NCBI GenBank assembly: GCA_902573015.1 | Contig: CACGIE010000002.1 | Coordinates: 7,660 to 71,659 of the forward strand | Direction: 5' to 3' | DNA length: 64,000 nucleotides | Source of the DNA: an uncultured Candidatus Poseidoniales archaeon | GTDB lineage: Archaea > Thermoplasmatota > Poseidoniia > Poseidoniales > Thalassarchaeaceae | In this document: piece after piece, positions 1 through 10,012 of the stretch | Layout of the letters: every line of letters starts with the position of its first letter | Position numbering within the stretch: position 1 is the stretch's first letter | Notes under the pieces: generated by a model | Database searches by the model: none | Told to the model about the DNA's origin: nothing | The model's input: only the letters and a program-made list of their open reading frames with translations | Position numbers and translations under genes: made by a program

Positions 1-361
1 CAGAAAGACCCGAGAATGGGAGTGCTGCTAGGGTACATCCAGAGTATTTCACGAGATGTACGCCTTTATCATAGGGTCTAGGGAGATCTTCCAATGAGTA
101 TTCGGAGGGCATTGTGAATGCCATAATTGTCGCTTCGCCATCGTTCCACATATTCACGGGAGCAGTCATCGCAATCATCTGCTCCCTGTCGTTCCTTCCG
201 AAGATGTATCCAGCGATCCTCCGAAATCCACCGGTTGACCCCCTCCAATTCTTTCCTTCAGTCCTCACTCTGGCCTGTACCGAGTCAGCGTATCTCCTGA
301 CTTCAAATCCGGGGAATGTCGATATGACAGCGTATTTCGGCTCCTCATACACCCCAGCCAT
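1..361 (-). CDS. SOUL-family heme-binding protein (partial, runs off the window's left edge)
   Basis: Not in the ORF track. Manual translation from ATG 361 gives MAGVYEEPKYAV..FEVRRY..GFRRIAGYIFGRN..IAMTAPV..MAFTMPSEY..LPRP, which are typical SOUL motifs. Confidence 0.85.
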   Translation of the reverse strand, partial: MAGVYEEPKYAVISTFPGFEVRRYADSVQARVRTEGKNWRGSTGGFRRIAGYIFGRNDREQMIAMTAPVNMWNDGEATIMAFTMPSEYSLEDLPRPYDKGVHLVKYSGCTLAALPFSGLS

Positions 362-447
362 GAGTCTTCGAGCAGGAACGTGGCTTAATCCCATATGATG
401 GGAGGAGGCACAGTCAAGATAATGCCATAGCGCCCCTTGGGACATTC

Positions 448-2079
448 GTGTCTTCTGCATGGGTGATTGTGGGCGGATACGCCTTAGTGATGGTGATTTT
501 CGCGATATGGGCTCGTCGAGACTTAGGGCGTGGAGATGAGTCTTACTACCTAGCAGGGAGGAGTCTGACGGGACCCATTCTCCTTGTGACCATGGCAGCT
601 ACGAACTTCAGCGCTTTCACGGTATACGGATCAAGTGGGGCATCCTACCGAATCGGGCTGTCTTTCCTACCGATAATGGCATTTGGTACAGGATTCATGG
701 CCGTTTCCATGTACATTCTTGGAAGGAAGATTCGCTCCAGATCGGTTCAGCATGGGGCAATGACGGCTCCAGAGATGGTGATGGGGCAGACCGGATCCCG
801 ATCAGCACAACTGACCATGGCTTCCGTCCTTGTATTGGCCACTATTCCATATCTTGCACTGCAGCCTCGTGCAGCAGGTATTGTTTTCTCGGCACTATTC
901 GGGGGCCCTGATTGGATTGGTGCAGTCCTAGTTACATTACTTGTTGTGGCGTATACTCTTACTGGAGGGCTGAAGGCAGTGGTCAGAACTGATGCCGTCC
1001 AAGGTGCAATTGCACTGGGTCTGTTGTGGTTAGGTCTGGCCATGGTTGTCAATGATGCAGGGGGCATTAGTGCTGCCATGGACGCAATTTCTTCATCGGA
1101 AAATACCGAGGGACTACTAGGTAGAGAGGGGAACTACACTCTGCTTATTTGGGTGAGTACGATGGTTCTCTGGCTCTTCGCTGATCCTATGTTCCCACAA
1201 CTGTATCAGAGACTCTGCGCAGCAGAGAGCGACGCTGCAATAGGGAGAATGGCCACGCTATACCCTGCTGTTGCATGGTTGGCTTTCCTCCCCCCTATAT
1301 TGATTGGGACTATCGGGCATCTCAGTTATCCTGACTTGGACAGAGCCGGTTCAGACAATATCCTCCCTACCATGATTATGGACGTGGGCGGTGAATGGCT
1401 GGGGGGTTTGGTTCTGGTTGCCGGACTAGCTGCGCTGATGTCCACTATGGATTCTCAGCTTCTAGCTACAGGATCGCTGGTGACTAGGGACCTGCTTGAC
1501 AAAGAAAGTCCGGAGGACTGGAGCAGAGAGTCTGTGATCATCTCACTTTCTCTCCTAGGACTAGCCCTATCTGTCTGGTCCGATCTATCCATCCTTGACC
1601 TTGGCCTTCTAGCGTTCTCCATGTATGCTGTAATGTTCCCCTCGGTTCTCGCATCTGCTCACTTCGATGATATTGACGGCAGGGCTGTAGTTGCCTCGAT
1701 CCTCGCTGGTGAGGCTGTCGTGATTCTAGCCGTAATCTCTCCCGGGTCCTTCAATGGATGGTGGGTTGAACCGGTTAGAGGGGCTGTACCCACTGCTGTG
1801 ATTCCATCATTACTCGCAGCGTTAGCGGGACTGGTTGTGACTCAGCACTACTTCAATACGAGAGAAGAGTTCTCTTGGAGATTTGAGATAAATTTCTCGG
1901 ACATAGCCCCATTGACCGGTCTATTGCTGGTTTTTGTAATGGCTCAGGACTTCTGGTGGTGGGGCGAAACCGAAACTTGGGCATTGGGGCTTCCTAGGTG
2001 GATCTGGTGGTCTGCAGCTCTTTCAATTGCTCAGACTGCGATAATGGCTAGATGGGTGGGGAAAGTTTCCTCCCGTTAG
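448..2079 (+). CDS. Sodium:solute symporter (SSS, PanF/PutP-like) with a C-terminal DUF3311/DUF997-like 2-TM extension
   Basis: Motifs YYLAGRSL, ATNFSAFT, YTLTGGLKAVVRTDAVQG and AALMSTMDSQL; many TM helices. Confidence 0.9.
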   Translation: MSSAWVIVGGYALVMVIFAIWARRDLGRGDESYYLAGRSLTGPILLVTMAATNFSAFTVYGSSGASYRIGLSFLPIMAFGTGFMAVSMYILGRKIRSRSVQHGAMTAPEMVMGQTGSRSAQLTMASVLVLATIPYLALQPRAAGIVFSALFGGPDWIGAVLVTLLVVAYTLTGGLKAVVRTDAVQGAIALGLLWLGLAMVVNDAGGISAAMDAISSSENTEGLLGREGNYTLLIWVSTMVLWLFADPMFPQLYQRLCAAESDAAIGRMATLYPAVAWLAFLPPILIGTIGHLSYPDLDRAGSDNILPTMIMDVGGEWLGGLVLVAGLAALMSTMDSQLLATGSLVTRDLLDKESPEDWSRESVIISLSLLGLALSVWSDLSILDLGLLAFSMYAVMFPSVLASAHFDDIDGRAVVASILAGEAVVILAVISPGSFNGWWVEPVRGAVPTAVIPSLLAALAGLVVTQHYFNTREEFSWRFEINFSDIAPLTGLLLVFVMAQDFWWWGETETWALGLPRWIWWSAALSIAQTAIMARWVGKVSSR

Positions 2080-2109
2080 AGTCAAGTTTGGAACCTGTCT
2101 GATGGCGTC

Positions 2110-2316
2110 ATGGGAGTGGGGCGAGCCTTGTTGTTCGGGACTCTGGCGTCCGTGCCAGGGGTATTACTAGCACTGATTGGGTGGGTAATGAGTGGCAGTC
2201 CCGAGGAGTGGGATACGACGCTCTGGCTTTCCTGCTATGTGCCATTCTTCGGTTGCATTGCAGCCGGATTAATAATCGGATGGAGGGATGGCGATAATCC
2301 AGATTTGGAGGCCTGA
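2110..2316 (+). CDS. Small 2-TM membrane protein
   Basis: Two hydrophobic stretches; fits tightly between flanking genes. Confidence 0.7.
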   Translation: MGVGRALLFGTLASVPGVLLALIGWVMSGSPEEWDTTLWLSCYVPFFGCIAAGLIIGWRDGDNPDLEA

Positions 2317-2318
2317 TA

Positions 2319-2966
2319 TTGCGTCGATTGGAGAAAGCGAGTAAGATAGGAGAAATTCTCGATTCTGAGTACCCAGAGACTCCCATCCCCCTAGACCACG
2401 TAGATGCTTACACCCTACTTGTTGCAGTCATGCTCTCCGCACAGTCTACTGACAAGAAGGTGAATGAGATCACTCCGAAGTTGTTCGAGGTTGCTGGGAG
2501 TCCCAAGGAGATGGCTCTTCTGGAAGTCGAGGAGATTCGTCAGATAATCAGAGAAATTGGGCTTGCCCCTACCAAAGCGAAGAACCTTCGCAGAATGGCA
2601 GAGCAGATTCTCGAAGACGGAGGAGTGGTGAGGCCTGATTGGGAGTTCCTAGAGTCATTAGCAGGAGTGGGCCACAAGACAGCAAGCGTGGTAATGAGTC
2701 AAGCATTCGGAGTGCCGGCCTTCCCAGTAGACACCCACATACACAGACTGGCAGCCAGATGGGGGCTTTCTGACGGCAGGAACGTAGTAAAGACGGAGAG
2801 AGACCTGAAGGCTGTCTTCGCCGAAGAAACATGGAATAGAAGGCATTTACAAATCATATATTTCGGAAGAGAGTACTGTCCGGCCTTGAGGCACGATCTT
2901 GCATCGTGCCCGATCTGCTCATGGGCGGCCACTAAGAAGAGAATCAGGGAAGAAATGGGTGGTTGA
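2319..2966 (+). CDS. nth: Endonuclease III (HhH-GPD glycosylase)
   Basis: LLVAVMLSAQSTD, HhH motif LAGVGHKTA, PVDTHIHR. Confidence 0.93.
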   Translation: MRRLEKASKIGEILDSEYPETPIPLDHVDAYTLLVAVMLSAQSTDKKVNEITPKLFEVAGSPKEMALLEVEEIRQIIREIGLAPTKAKNLRRMAEQILEDGGVVRPDWEFLESLAGVGHKTASVVMSQAFGVPAFPVDTHIHRLAARWGLSDGRNVVKTERDLKAVFAEETWNRRHLQIIYFGREYCPALRHDLASCPICSWAATKKRIREEMGG

Positions 2967-3531
2967 TTTGGAGATTTTCGCAGGCAGGATTACTTCTACC
3001 GGATTCTCAAGTGGGGACAGGATTGTGATTGGAGACTGGAATGATTCGCCAATTGGTAGTTTCACTAACATAATGTGGGCTAAGCCGGATGGGACCAGGG
3101 TCCTTCTGTCCCCTTCCGAGGAGCACGCGAAATACGTCTCGGAACTATACAACTTCGAGAGTGTGGAGATTACCGATATTACCGTCGATCGGACTCGAAG
3201 AGGGATATCTATCGAAGGAGGGGGCCTTTCCATGGATATCTCTTGGGGGATAGCCCTCCCCATTCCCATCTGGAGGCCACTGTGGTTCATCGCAACTATT
3301 GAGGCATTTTTTGCAAGGGTGCTTTTTGGCACCAAGACACATGGCAGAACCAAGAACAACAGAAGAGAGTGGTACTCGATTAGATCGATATCAAGAGTTC
3401 TGAATGCTGAAGCGAGCTACGATGGTCTTGAGCTCGGGGGATCCGAGAGTTTCACCACTAACGCTTGCTTCGGATTCAGCGAGCCTCCATCTATGCCTGC
3501 TTCGGTATCTCTGAAGAGCTATATCGAGTGA
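2959..3531 (+). CDS. Conserved hypothetical protein
   Basis: Natural-looking ORF (GDRIVIGDW..SPIGSFTNIMWAKPDG.RVLL); start moved to GTG 2959 (TTG 2968 also possible) to limit overlap with nth. Confidence 0.7.
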   Translation: MVDLEIFAGRITSTGFSSGDRIVIGDWNDSPIGSFTNIMWAKPDGTRVLLSPSEEHAKYVSELYNFESVEITDITVDRTRRGISIEGGGLSMDISWGIALPIPIWRPLWFIATIEAFFARVLFGTKTHGRTKNNRREWYSIRSISRVLNAEASYDGLELGGSESFTTNACFGFSEPPSMPASVSLKSYIE

Positions 3532-3568
3532 TGGTAGCCTTCATGAGTCGAGTTCGACACGCCGTTGC

Positions 3569-4048
3569 ATGGCAACGGTAGAACTAGCTATTGGAGATGA
3601 GGCCCCGAGCTTCGAGGCCGAAGTAACGGATGGAGGAAAGGTCTCTCTTTCGGAGATACTTTCCACCGGGAGAGGGGTAATTCTGTACTTCTACCCTAGA
3701 GACAACACACCAGGATGTACCACCCAGGCATGTGACTTCAGAGATAACTTCGGGAGATTCGAAGATAGCTCTTGGAAGGTCATTGGAGTATCCACGGATA
3801 GTGCCAAGTCGCATCAGAAGTTCATCGATAAGCACGAGCTCCCATTCGATTTGATCGTAGATGAGGATGCCGCCCTACACGAATCCTATGGCACTTGGAG
3901 GGAGAAGAGCATGTATGGCAAGACATACATGGGAACTCTGCGTTCGACTTTCGCAATAGGCGTAGACGGGAAAATAGCCTGGGTTGGTTACGGGGTGAAA
4001 ACCAAGGGCCATGTTGATTCTCTGATTGAGGAATTAAAGGTAGGATAG
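3569..4048 (+). CDS. bcp: Peroxiredoxin, BCP/PrxQ family
   Basis: YFYPRDNTPGCTTQACDFRD motif. Confidence 0.93.
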   Translation: MATVELAIGDEAPSFEAEVTDGGKVSLSEILSTGRGVILYFYPRDNTPGCTTQACDFRDNFGRFEDSSWKVIGVSTDSAKSHQKFIDKHELPFDLIVDEDAALHESYGTWREKSMYGKTYMGTLRSTFAIGVDGKIAWVGYGVKTKGHVDSLIEELKVG

Positions 4049-4049
4049 A

Positions 4050-4253
4050 ATGGGCCTCGAAGAACGACGTTCGCTGGTGGTTTCCTTCCTACGCAAATGC
4101 GTGACATATGCCGATGATTCCATTAGCAGGAAGAGGGATAGAGGAGACTCAGAGGAAGAGATAGAGAAATGGGAGAATTATCGTGACTTCACCGAGCATG
4201 CAGTGATGGAAGTCTCCAATGGCGAACTCGACGAATGGCTGGAAGAGGAATAG
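4050..4253 (+). CDS. Small acidic hypothetical protein
   Basis: Starts 1 nt after the bcp stop; helical, charged composition. Confidence 0.7.
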   Translation: MGLEERRSLVVSFLRKCVTYADDSISRKRDRGDSEEEIEKWENYRDFTEHAVMEVSNGELDEWLEEE

Positions 4254-4263
4254 CGGAGGAAAC

Positions 4264-4734
4264 CTAGTTCTCTATCGCTCGGTCCAGCGAGGGTGAGCCG
4301 AGCATGTGCTTGTGCGTGTCAACTCTCATCTTTGCACCTGGGATCATCAATAGGGTATCATCCTCATTCAATGCAAATACATGGAGGTTCGTTCGATCTC
4401 CGAGATCCTGGGCCCTCCTGGAGCATACCGATTGCTGGCTGGGCATATGATTCAGTGAACTGAGGTCCACGATTACCATATCCCCCATGGAGAGATTCCC
4501 CTCCACCCCATCCAATTGAAGTCTGTGAAGGCCGTCGGGCTCCATGTAGATGACTCTCCTTGAGGGCCTCTCTGTTATCCTCTCCGTCCTCTCGGACCAC
4601 CTCGACTCTCCTAGATCGTGGAATCGGTTTCCTGCCTTTGGTCCGGGTTCAGTCGCCCTCAGGCTCCCGCCTTGTGTGGCCTTGGGAGTTGTGTTCGGAT
4701 TGGGCAGACCCAGGAGCCGGAACAGATTGACCAC
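4264..4734 (-). CDS. sepF: Archaeal SepF-like cell division protein
   Basis: N-terminal amphipathic MVNLFRLLG, flexible linker, and C-terminal GDMVIVDLSSL..LLMIPG resembling the SepF core. Confidence 0.6.
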   Translation of the reverse strand: MVNLFRLLGLPNPNTTPKATQGGSLRATEPGPKAGNRFHDLGESRWSERTERITERPSRRVIYMEPDGLHRLQLDGVEGNLSMGDMVIVDLSSLNHMPSQQSVCSRRAQDLGDRTNLHVFALNEDDTLLMIPGAKMRVDTHKHMLGSPSLDRAIEN

Positions 4735-4748
4735 AGCCTGGCCGGCGA

Positions 4749-7700
4749 CTACTCCTCAAAGAGGGCTTCGATATCCTCGGGGTCAAGATTGCTGTTTACG
4801 TCGTCAATTCTAGGTGCCGATGGGATTACTGGGGAGTCTTCCTTGGCCAATCCTAACTCGTCCAAAACTTCGTCCAAGTCGTCCAGGATTGCTGTATCTT
4901 CCCGTGGCGATTCCTCCGGCGGTGCGAACATCGCATTGGGATCTATTACAGGAGCCTCCGGTTCATCGAATGCTGCGTCGAAATCGATTTCTGATGCTTT
5001 CTTTTGCTCTTCTTGGTGGCTCTGCCTTGGGTTCCTAATCAATACCCAAGCACCTGCGGAGACTACGATCAAGGTGAAGATTATCGGGACGATATTGGAA
5101 GTCAGTTCATCTGAGAACGTCCTGGGCGCCTCTGCCACTTGGAGATCCATAGTTACAGAATGGCTAGAACTGTCATCTAGGACAGTTAATTTCGCTTTCT
5201 TGGAACCTCCCGAGTCATAGGAGAACTCGATCCACCTGCCGGTATAGTCGACATCGTTAGCGGGATCGCCATCACCGTCCGAGTCTGAGGTGATGTCGAT
5301 GTCCCAGTGGAACTCCAGTGAGTCCATATCTGCTTGAGAGTCCACGGTCCCATTGGCGGAAAGTACGATTGAATCTCCTTCAGTGGGATTTGAGACACTT
5401 GCCGAGGCGAAGGCGGCCGGAGGGGCGTTCACAACGGAGAACGAGAACTCGATTGATGCCGATTCGCCATCATCGTCTGTAACGTGGAAGATGAGGGATT
5501 CTGGGGCAGTAGTCGAGTCTGGCCATGAGTGGACGAGGAAATGCGATTCGACGTCGCAATCGTTTCCAGACTGCCCATCAGAGTCCGAGTCATCGACAGG
5601 GTTCAGGTCGAAGCAGTGAACCAGCCGCTCTGAGTCGGTTCCCGTTTCGATTATCTGCGGGGAAATAGTGAATTCCTCATCCTCTTCAAGCTGTCCCAAG
5701 GTCGTGGTGATTGGAGAAATTACAGGGGCTACGTTCTCCACTTGTATCGGCACTATCAGGACTTCAGTTGACTCACCGTCATCGTCGAATACCTGAAGGG
5801 TTGCAAGGTGCATCCCGGAGGTATTGTACGAAACCCCGGAAATAGTGCTCCTCTCGCCGTAGCTAGAGAAATTCAGATCTGGGAGGTCCTCTGCATCTGG
5901 CCTCCAGACGTGGTTTAGAGATTCGAGGTCGTTTGAGGAGTCGTCGGCCTGGCCCCAGAATGTGATTTCATCACCCTCAAGTACGATGAACACGCCTCTG
6001 CTATCGGGAAAAATCCTAGTCTCACCCAGGTATAGTTCAGCTACCGGATTGGATGGGGCTATGTTGGTCACATGAACGGAGTGCTGGGCCGTCGTGATGG
6101 CTCCGTCATCATCGATCGCCATGACTGAAACGGTCAGGTTCCCCTCGACTGTCGGAGTCAAGGTACACGATTGGCCTACTTGACCCTCCGAGCATCCTGC
6201 ATCCCACAGAATCTCTACTGGTGCAGATGGGTTCAGTGTGTCGATATCGCTGCTGTTAGTCACGAAGAAGGTGATCGGATTGGTCACAATGACTTCATCG
6301 TTGTCGGTTCCGATGGAAATCTCCGGAGGTCGATTGAGTATCGATATCGTGGACTGGGCAGTGGTCTTGTCACTCTCACCATCGGTAATTAATACCTCAA
6401 CTGAGAATGAGCCGTCGTCTGGCCAAGACCATTCCAAGATGCAGTCGTCATCTATGACCTGGAACGTTGAGCCGTCGGCTTTCTGGATGTTGAACTCGCA
6501 TTCTATTTCCCCACCATCGGAATCGTATGAGGAGGTGGCGTCAAGTGTCACCCCCTCATGGGTTTGGACTTCGCTGGGGTGAGATAGGAAGGCAAGAGGC
6601 AGTCCTCCGATATACAGGACGAAGGAGCCTTGGTTGTTGGTCCTGTTCCCATCCTCGGGTATATCCTCCTGGGGGTCAACCTCGAAGTAAAGGTACACGT
6701 TTCCGAATGGCTGGGACTCGGGGACTGTCCAGTTCACGAACACCCTAGATTCCTGCAGGCTCCCCAGAGGAGGAACTGTGCCAGATACTTCCGTACCATC
6801 AGGAGCGCTCACCACGATTGTAGAGTATGGGGACTGAATTAGTCCGCGATTTAACACGGGTACGGAGAAGGTCAGGACGTCTTCCGAGATTGCGGCAAAA
6901 CCGATACTTGAGTCGAGAGTCAGCTGATTCCCAGTGGATGGTCGGAACCTCTGGACGGTAACCGCCGATGACCTAGTGACCAAGTCAATCTCGTGAATCT
7001 CCGAGTCTATCAAAAGAGTCCTAGCTCCGATTATGCTTTCATCGCCAATCCAAGCGATTAATCCATGGCTTCCTAGCTCCCCTGGTCCATCGGTATCATC
7101 AGGATTATCCCCCGAATTGAACACTATGTGGTACGTCCCGTTTTCGTCGGTTGTCACATTCTGAAACTGTTCATCTGATTCATACCTGAATTGTATCTCT
7201 TGTCCAGATACGCCCTGTCCCTGATCAGTTACGTTAATCCAAGCGGATATCTCGATATCAGTGGGTGAGAGGGGGTACTGGACATCGATGGAAACCAACT
7301 TGCCCCTCTGGACTGGCTGATAGCTCACTAGCTCGTGTACTGCGAGGAACCCGAAAGCCTGCTCCATTGTGCTCTTCACCTCTCCTCTTACTGCTGGACA
7401 GAACCAGTTGAATCCGGTCTCCTCCCCGTCAGAGTCGTATGCTGTCACGTTGAACGACTGGTAGCACCCGGGGTAAGCAACACCAGAGTTGCCCTGGCTG
7501 ACTACAGACCAACTGGTTGAGTTGGAGTCGCTCGAGTCATCCGGTATGTCGACGTAATTGCTGGAACCGCTGTAATCAGTGGCTTGTTCGTAATCCATCC
7601 CCCAAGACTCGCCTACTGAGATCGGGAAGTCATAGTTCTCCAATGGGGGCTCATATGTGTTCTCGACGACGAGCTCACCGATATCCTGCCTCAGCCAAGC

Positions 7701-8213
7701 GGCGCATCCGAAGAACAGAGGATCGAAGTATACGTCAATTGTTACTTCCTGGGAATAGGTTGCTAGATCAGAAACTCTGATGATCTCTATTGTCTGCATA
7801 TCCACATAGAGACAACCGCTTGTTCCATCGATTTGTATTACCCCGTCCGACTCGTATTCTCCGACCGATTCCACCTCGTAAACCAGAGTTTCCTTGCCGT
7901 CTATTTCCATTAGGTAGATGTCCTGTACCGTTCGATCTAGTGACCCATCTAGGGTCTCGACATTTGTGGACACCCCTGAGTCTGCAACGAAATCTCCCAC
8001 ATCTAGGAAACCATCGTACATCCAGTTGTCATTCACTCTCCAGATAGGGACATCTGCAGTCCCGGTAGTCGTCATTGCCTGCACATGTGACTCATGGGGG
8101 CTGGAGTCTCTGATGTGATAATCATCGGGTGAAAACGAATAGGAAAATTGTGCAAAGGCAAGAATGGCTACAGCCATTGTCGATAAGCAGGCGGCTCGCA
8201 TGGCATCACGCAA
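4749..8213 (-). CDS. Large membrane-anchored surface protein with CARDB and multiple PKD/Ig-like domains
   Basis: Signal peptide; CARDB-like (VDPQEDIPEDGNRTNN); PKD repeats (LDATSSYDSDG, L.V.DDDG); C-terminal TM and acidic tail. Confidence 0.85.
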   Translation of the reverse strand: MRDAMRAACLSTMAVAILAFAQFSYSFSPDDYHIRDSSPHESHVQAMTTTGTADVPIWRVNDNWMYDGFLDVGDFVADSGVSTNVETLDGSLDRTVQDIYLMEIDGKETLVYEVESVGEYESDGVIQIDGTSGCLYVDMQTIEIIRVSDLATYSQEVTIDVYFDPLFFGCAAWLRQDIGELVVENTYEPPLENYDFPISVGESWGMDYEQATDYSGSSNYVDIPDDSSDSNSTSWSVVSQGNSGVAYPGCYQSFNVTAYDSDGEETGFNWFCPAVRGEVKSTMEQAFGFLAVHELVSYQPVQRGKLVSIDVQYPLSPTDIEISAWINVTDQGQGVSGQEIQFRYESDEQFQNVTTDENGTYHIVFNSGDNPDDTDGPGELGSHGLIAWIGDESIIGARTLLIDSEIHEIDLVTRSSAVTVQRFRPSTGNQLTLDSSIGFAAISEDVLTFSVPVLNRGLIQSPYSTIVVSAPDGTEVSGTVPPLGSLQESRVFVNWTVPESQPFGNVYLYFEVDPQEDIPEDGNRTNNQGSFVLYIGGLPLAFLSHPSEVQTHEGVTLDATSSYDSDGGEIECEFNIQKADGSTFQVIDDDCILEWSWPDDGSFSVEVLITDGESDKTTAQSTISILNRPPEISIGTDNDEVIVTNPITFFVTNSSDIDTLNPSAPVEILWDAGCSEGQVGQSCTLTPTVEGNLTVSVMAIDDDGAITTAQHSVHVTNIAPSNPVAELYLGETRIFPDSRGVFIVLEGDEITFWGQADDSSNDLESLNHVWRPDAEDLPDLNFSSYGERSTISGVSYNTSGMHLATLQVFDDDGESTEVLIVPIQVENVAPVISPITTTLGQLEEDEEFTISPQIIETGTDSERLVHCFDLNPVDDSDSDGQSGNDCDVESHFLVHSWPDSTTAPESLIFHVTDDDGESASIEFSFSVVNAPPAAFASASVSNPTEGDSIVLSANGTVDSQADMDSLEFHWDIDITSDSDGDGDPANDVDYTGRWIEFSYDSGGSKKAKLTVLDDSSSHSVTMDLQVAEAPRTFSDELTSNIVPIIFTLIVVSAGAWVLIRNPRQSHQEEQKKASEIDFDAAFDEPEAPVIDPNAMFAPPEESPREDTAILDDLDEVLDELGLAKEDSPVIPSAPRIDDVNSNLDPEDIEALFEE

Positions 8214-8243
8214 GCAGGTCTGCCCAATAACGTTGGTTGAAGC

Positions 8244-8960
8244 CTAGAGGAGGTCCGCTAGCTCGTCTTTTATCTGCTCAACTGCCTCAAGAATCTCATC
8301 CTTGTGTCTGGCTCCAGTAATCACCATCTTCCCACTACCGAAAATAAGACACACCACGCGAGGGTAGTCTAGCCTGTAAATCAAGCCTGGGAACTGCTCG
8401 GGCTCGTATTCCACCTTGTCGAATGGAAGGTGGAAGGTCAGGTTGTTCAGATTGAGTTTCCTAGGGAGGGCTGCCAAAGGCTCTCCCTCTAGTATTCCCC
8501 TGATCCTGGGGTCCTCGTTCTCAACTTCCTCGTCGGTTGCTGCTCTGATTCCACCGCCATCTTCGTCGATTACCTTGGTGTTGATGTCGTCCATCTTTGC
8601 GACTTCCCCATAGTCCTCGGGATAGAATAGTGAGTACGTTGCTACCATGTTCTGGACCTCTATCTCAACATCCTTCAGTTCCCAAGTCTCTATTCCGGCA
8701 TTTCTCAGATCTCCGATCATTCTCTCTATGCCTGTCTGGATGTTGTCCTCGTTCTTACCACCAGTACAAACCGCCCTTCCCGATCTGAACATCAGAATCG
8801 CTAACTTTGGATCTACTACCCTGTAGACGACCCCTGGGAACTGCTCTGGCTCGTATTCGCAGTTCAACTGGATTGCTATGTCTGGGAGGTCCAGTTCCTC
8901 CGCTACCCTGGTAGATGCCACCACATTCACTACAGTAAGTCTTTCTTCATCGCTGAGCAT
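8244..8960 (-). CDS. tbp: TATA-box binding protein with a 54-aa insertion
   Basis: Two repeats NVVAS..YEPEQFPG..LMFRSG..CTG and QNMVA..YEPEQFPG..LIFGSGKMVITG. Confidence 0.95.
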   Translation of the reverse strand: MLSDEERLTVVNVVASTRVAEELDLPDIAIQLNCEYEPEQFPGVVYRVVDPKLAILMFRSGRAVCTGGKNEDNIQTGIERMIGDLRNAGIETWELKDVEIEVQNMVATYSLFYPEDYGEVAKMDDINTKVIDEDGGGIRAATDEEVENEDPRIRGILEGEPLAALPRKLNLNNLTFHLPFDKVEYEPEQFPGLIYRLDYPRVVCLIFGSGKMVITGARHKDEILEAVEQIKDELADLL

Positions 8961-8981
8961 AGGTTGACGACCGACTTCCCT

Positions 8982-8990
8982 CTTATAAAT
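8982..8990 (-). promoter_or_regulatory. Putative TATA box of tbp (ATTTATAAG on the minus strand)
   Basis: About 22-23 nt upstream of ATG 8960, consistent with a leaderless archaeal transcript. Confidence 0.6.
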
Positions 8991-9040
8991 GGTAATATAA
9001 AGAAGATGAACAAATAGAGCTGGTGTTTTTTCAATTGAAA

Positions 9041-10012
9041 CTACAGAATACTTACTCCTTTTGAGCCTAATTTTGTCTGTAGTGGCCTGCCCCCGGCAAT
9101 CTCGATAGCCTCAGAAACTCTAGCAGGATCCTGGGTGAGTGCCACCATGCACCCCCCTCCGCCGGCACCAGTAAGTTTTGCACCTAGAGAATGGGGCCTT
9201 GCTGCGCTGACCATGCGATCCAACTTATTGGTGCTGACTTCCAACTTCCTGAGACTTTCGTGACAAGCATCCATTGCTATTCCCAAGCCCTCCAGATTTC
9301 CAGCAGAGAGTGCCGTCAATCCCGCTCTCGTAATATTCGCAATTGCCTCCATTTCCTCCATCCTCTGTGGGGACTCAGATATTAGATTCGCTACTTTGGC
9401 TACCATCCTACCAGTTGGAGAGCCTGTACCAGAGTATCCCACTACTAGCCATGCGTCACCAATATCTGCGGGTAGGTCGACGACATTAATCGCCCATTTC
9501 CGCGATCCTTCAGGAGTCTCCAAGCTAGTATCGAAAACGTGTCTAGTTCCTGTAACATGCTCTCCTGAAACCACTACACACCCCCCAAGGGCGCTGGTCG
9601 CTGTATCTGTCGGACTGGCCCTGCCCTTCTGGGCTGTTGCTTCCGCAGAATGAGCCATTTTCGCCAATCTAATCGGATCGAGGGGGATGCGGGGGTTCAG
9701 ATGTGAGTGCAGTGCAGCGCCGAAGGCATTTGATAGAGCAGCGGAAGAGCCCATCCCAGCTGCTGAGAAAAGTGAGCTTTGTACATCAATATCCAGAGGT
9801 TGGCCGTTGTACTGGAAGATATTCTGGATTATATGCGAAATATGCGGGTGCCTGGAGGGCTCGAATGGCTGACCCTCGAGAAGCCATTCATTGGAGTCTT
9901 TCACACTAACTCTTACTCCCTGCTCAATGGCCACGGCTACAGCAGGATGGCCGAAGACTACCGCATGCTCTCCGAAAAGGATACACTTGCCTGGTGCGAA
10001 TGCGCTGGGCAT
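9041..10012 (-). CDS. mvk: Mevalonate kinase (GHMP)
   Basis: APGKCILFGEHAVV, AGMGSSAA, KLTGAGGGGC; likely start ATG 10012. Confidence 0.9.
   Translation of the reverse strand: MPSAFAPGKCILFGEHAVVFGHPAVAVAIEQGVRVSVKDSNEWLLEGQPFEPSRHPHISHIIQNIFQYNGQPLDIDVQSSLFSAAGMGSSAALSNAFGAALHSHLNPRIPLDPIRLAKMAHSAEATAQKGRASPTDTATSALGGCVVVSGEHVTGTRHVFDTSLETPEGSRKWAINVVDLPADIGDAWLVVGYSGTGSPTGRMVAKVANLISESPQRMEEMEAIANITRAGLTALSAGNLEGLGIAMDACHESLRKLEVSTNKLDRMVSAARPHSLGAKLTGAGGGGCMVALTQDPARVSEAIEIAGGRPLQTKLGSKGVSIL

Noticed and set aside
114..398. Plus-strand 94-aa ORF
   Set aside because: Antisense shadow of the SOUL-family gene.
9029..9040. Perfect palindrome TTTCAATTGAAA after the mvk stop
   Set aside because: Single short AT-rich palindrome; could be chance, and no second copy was noticed.
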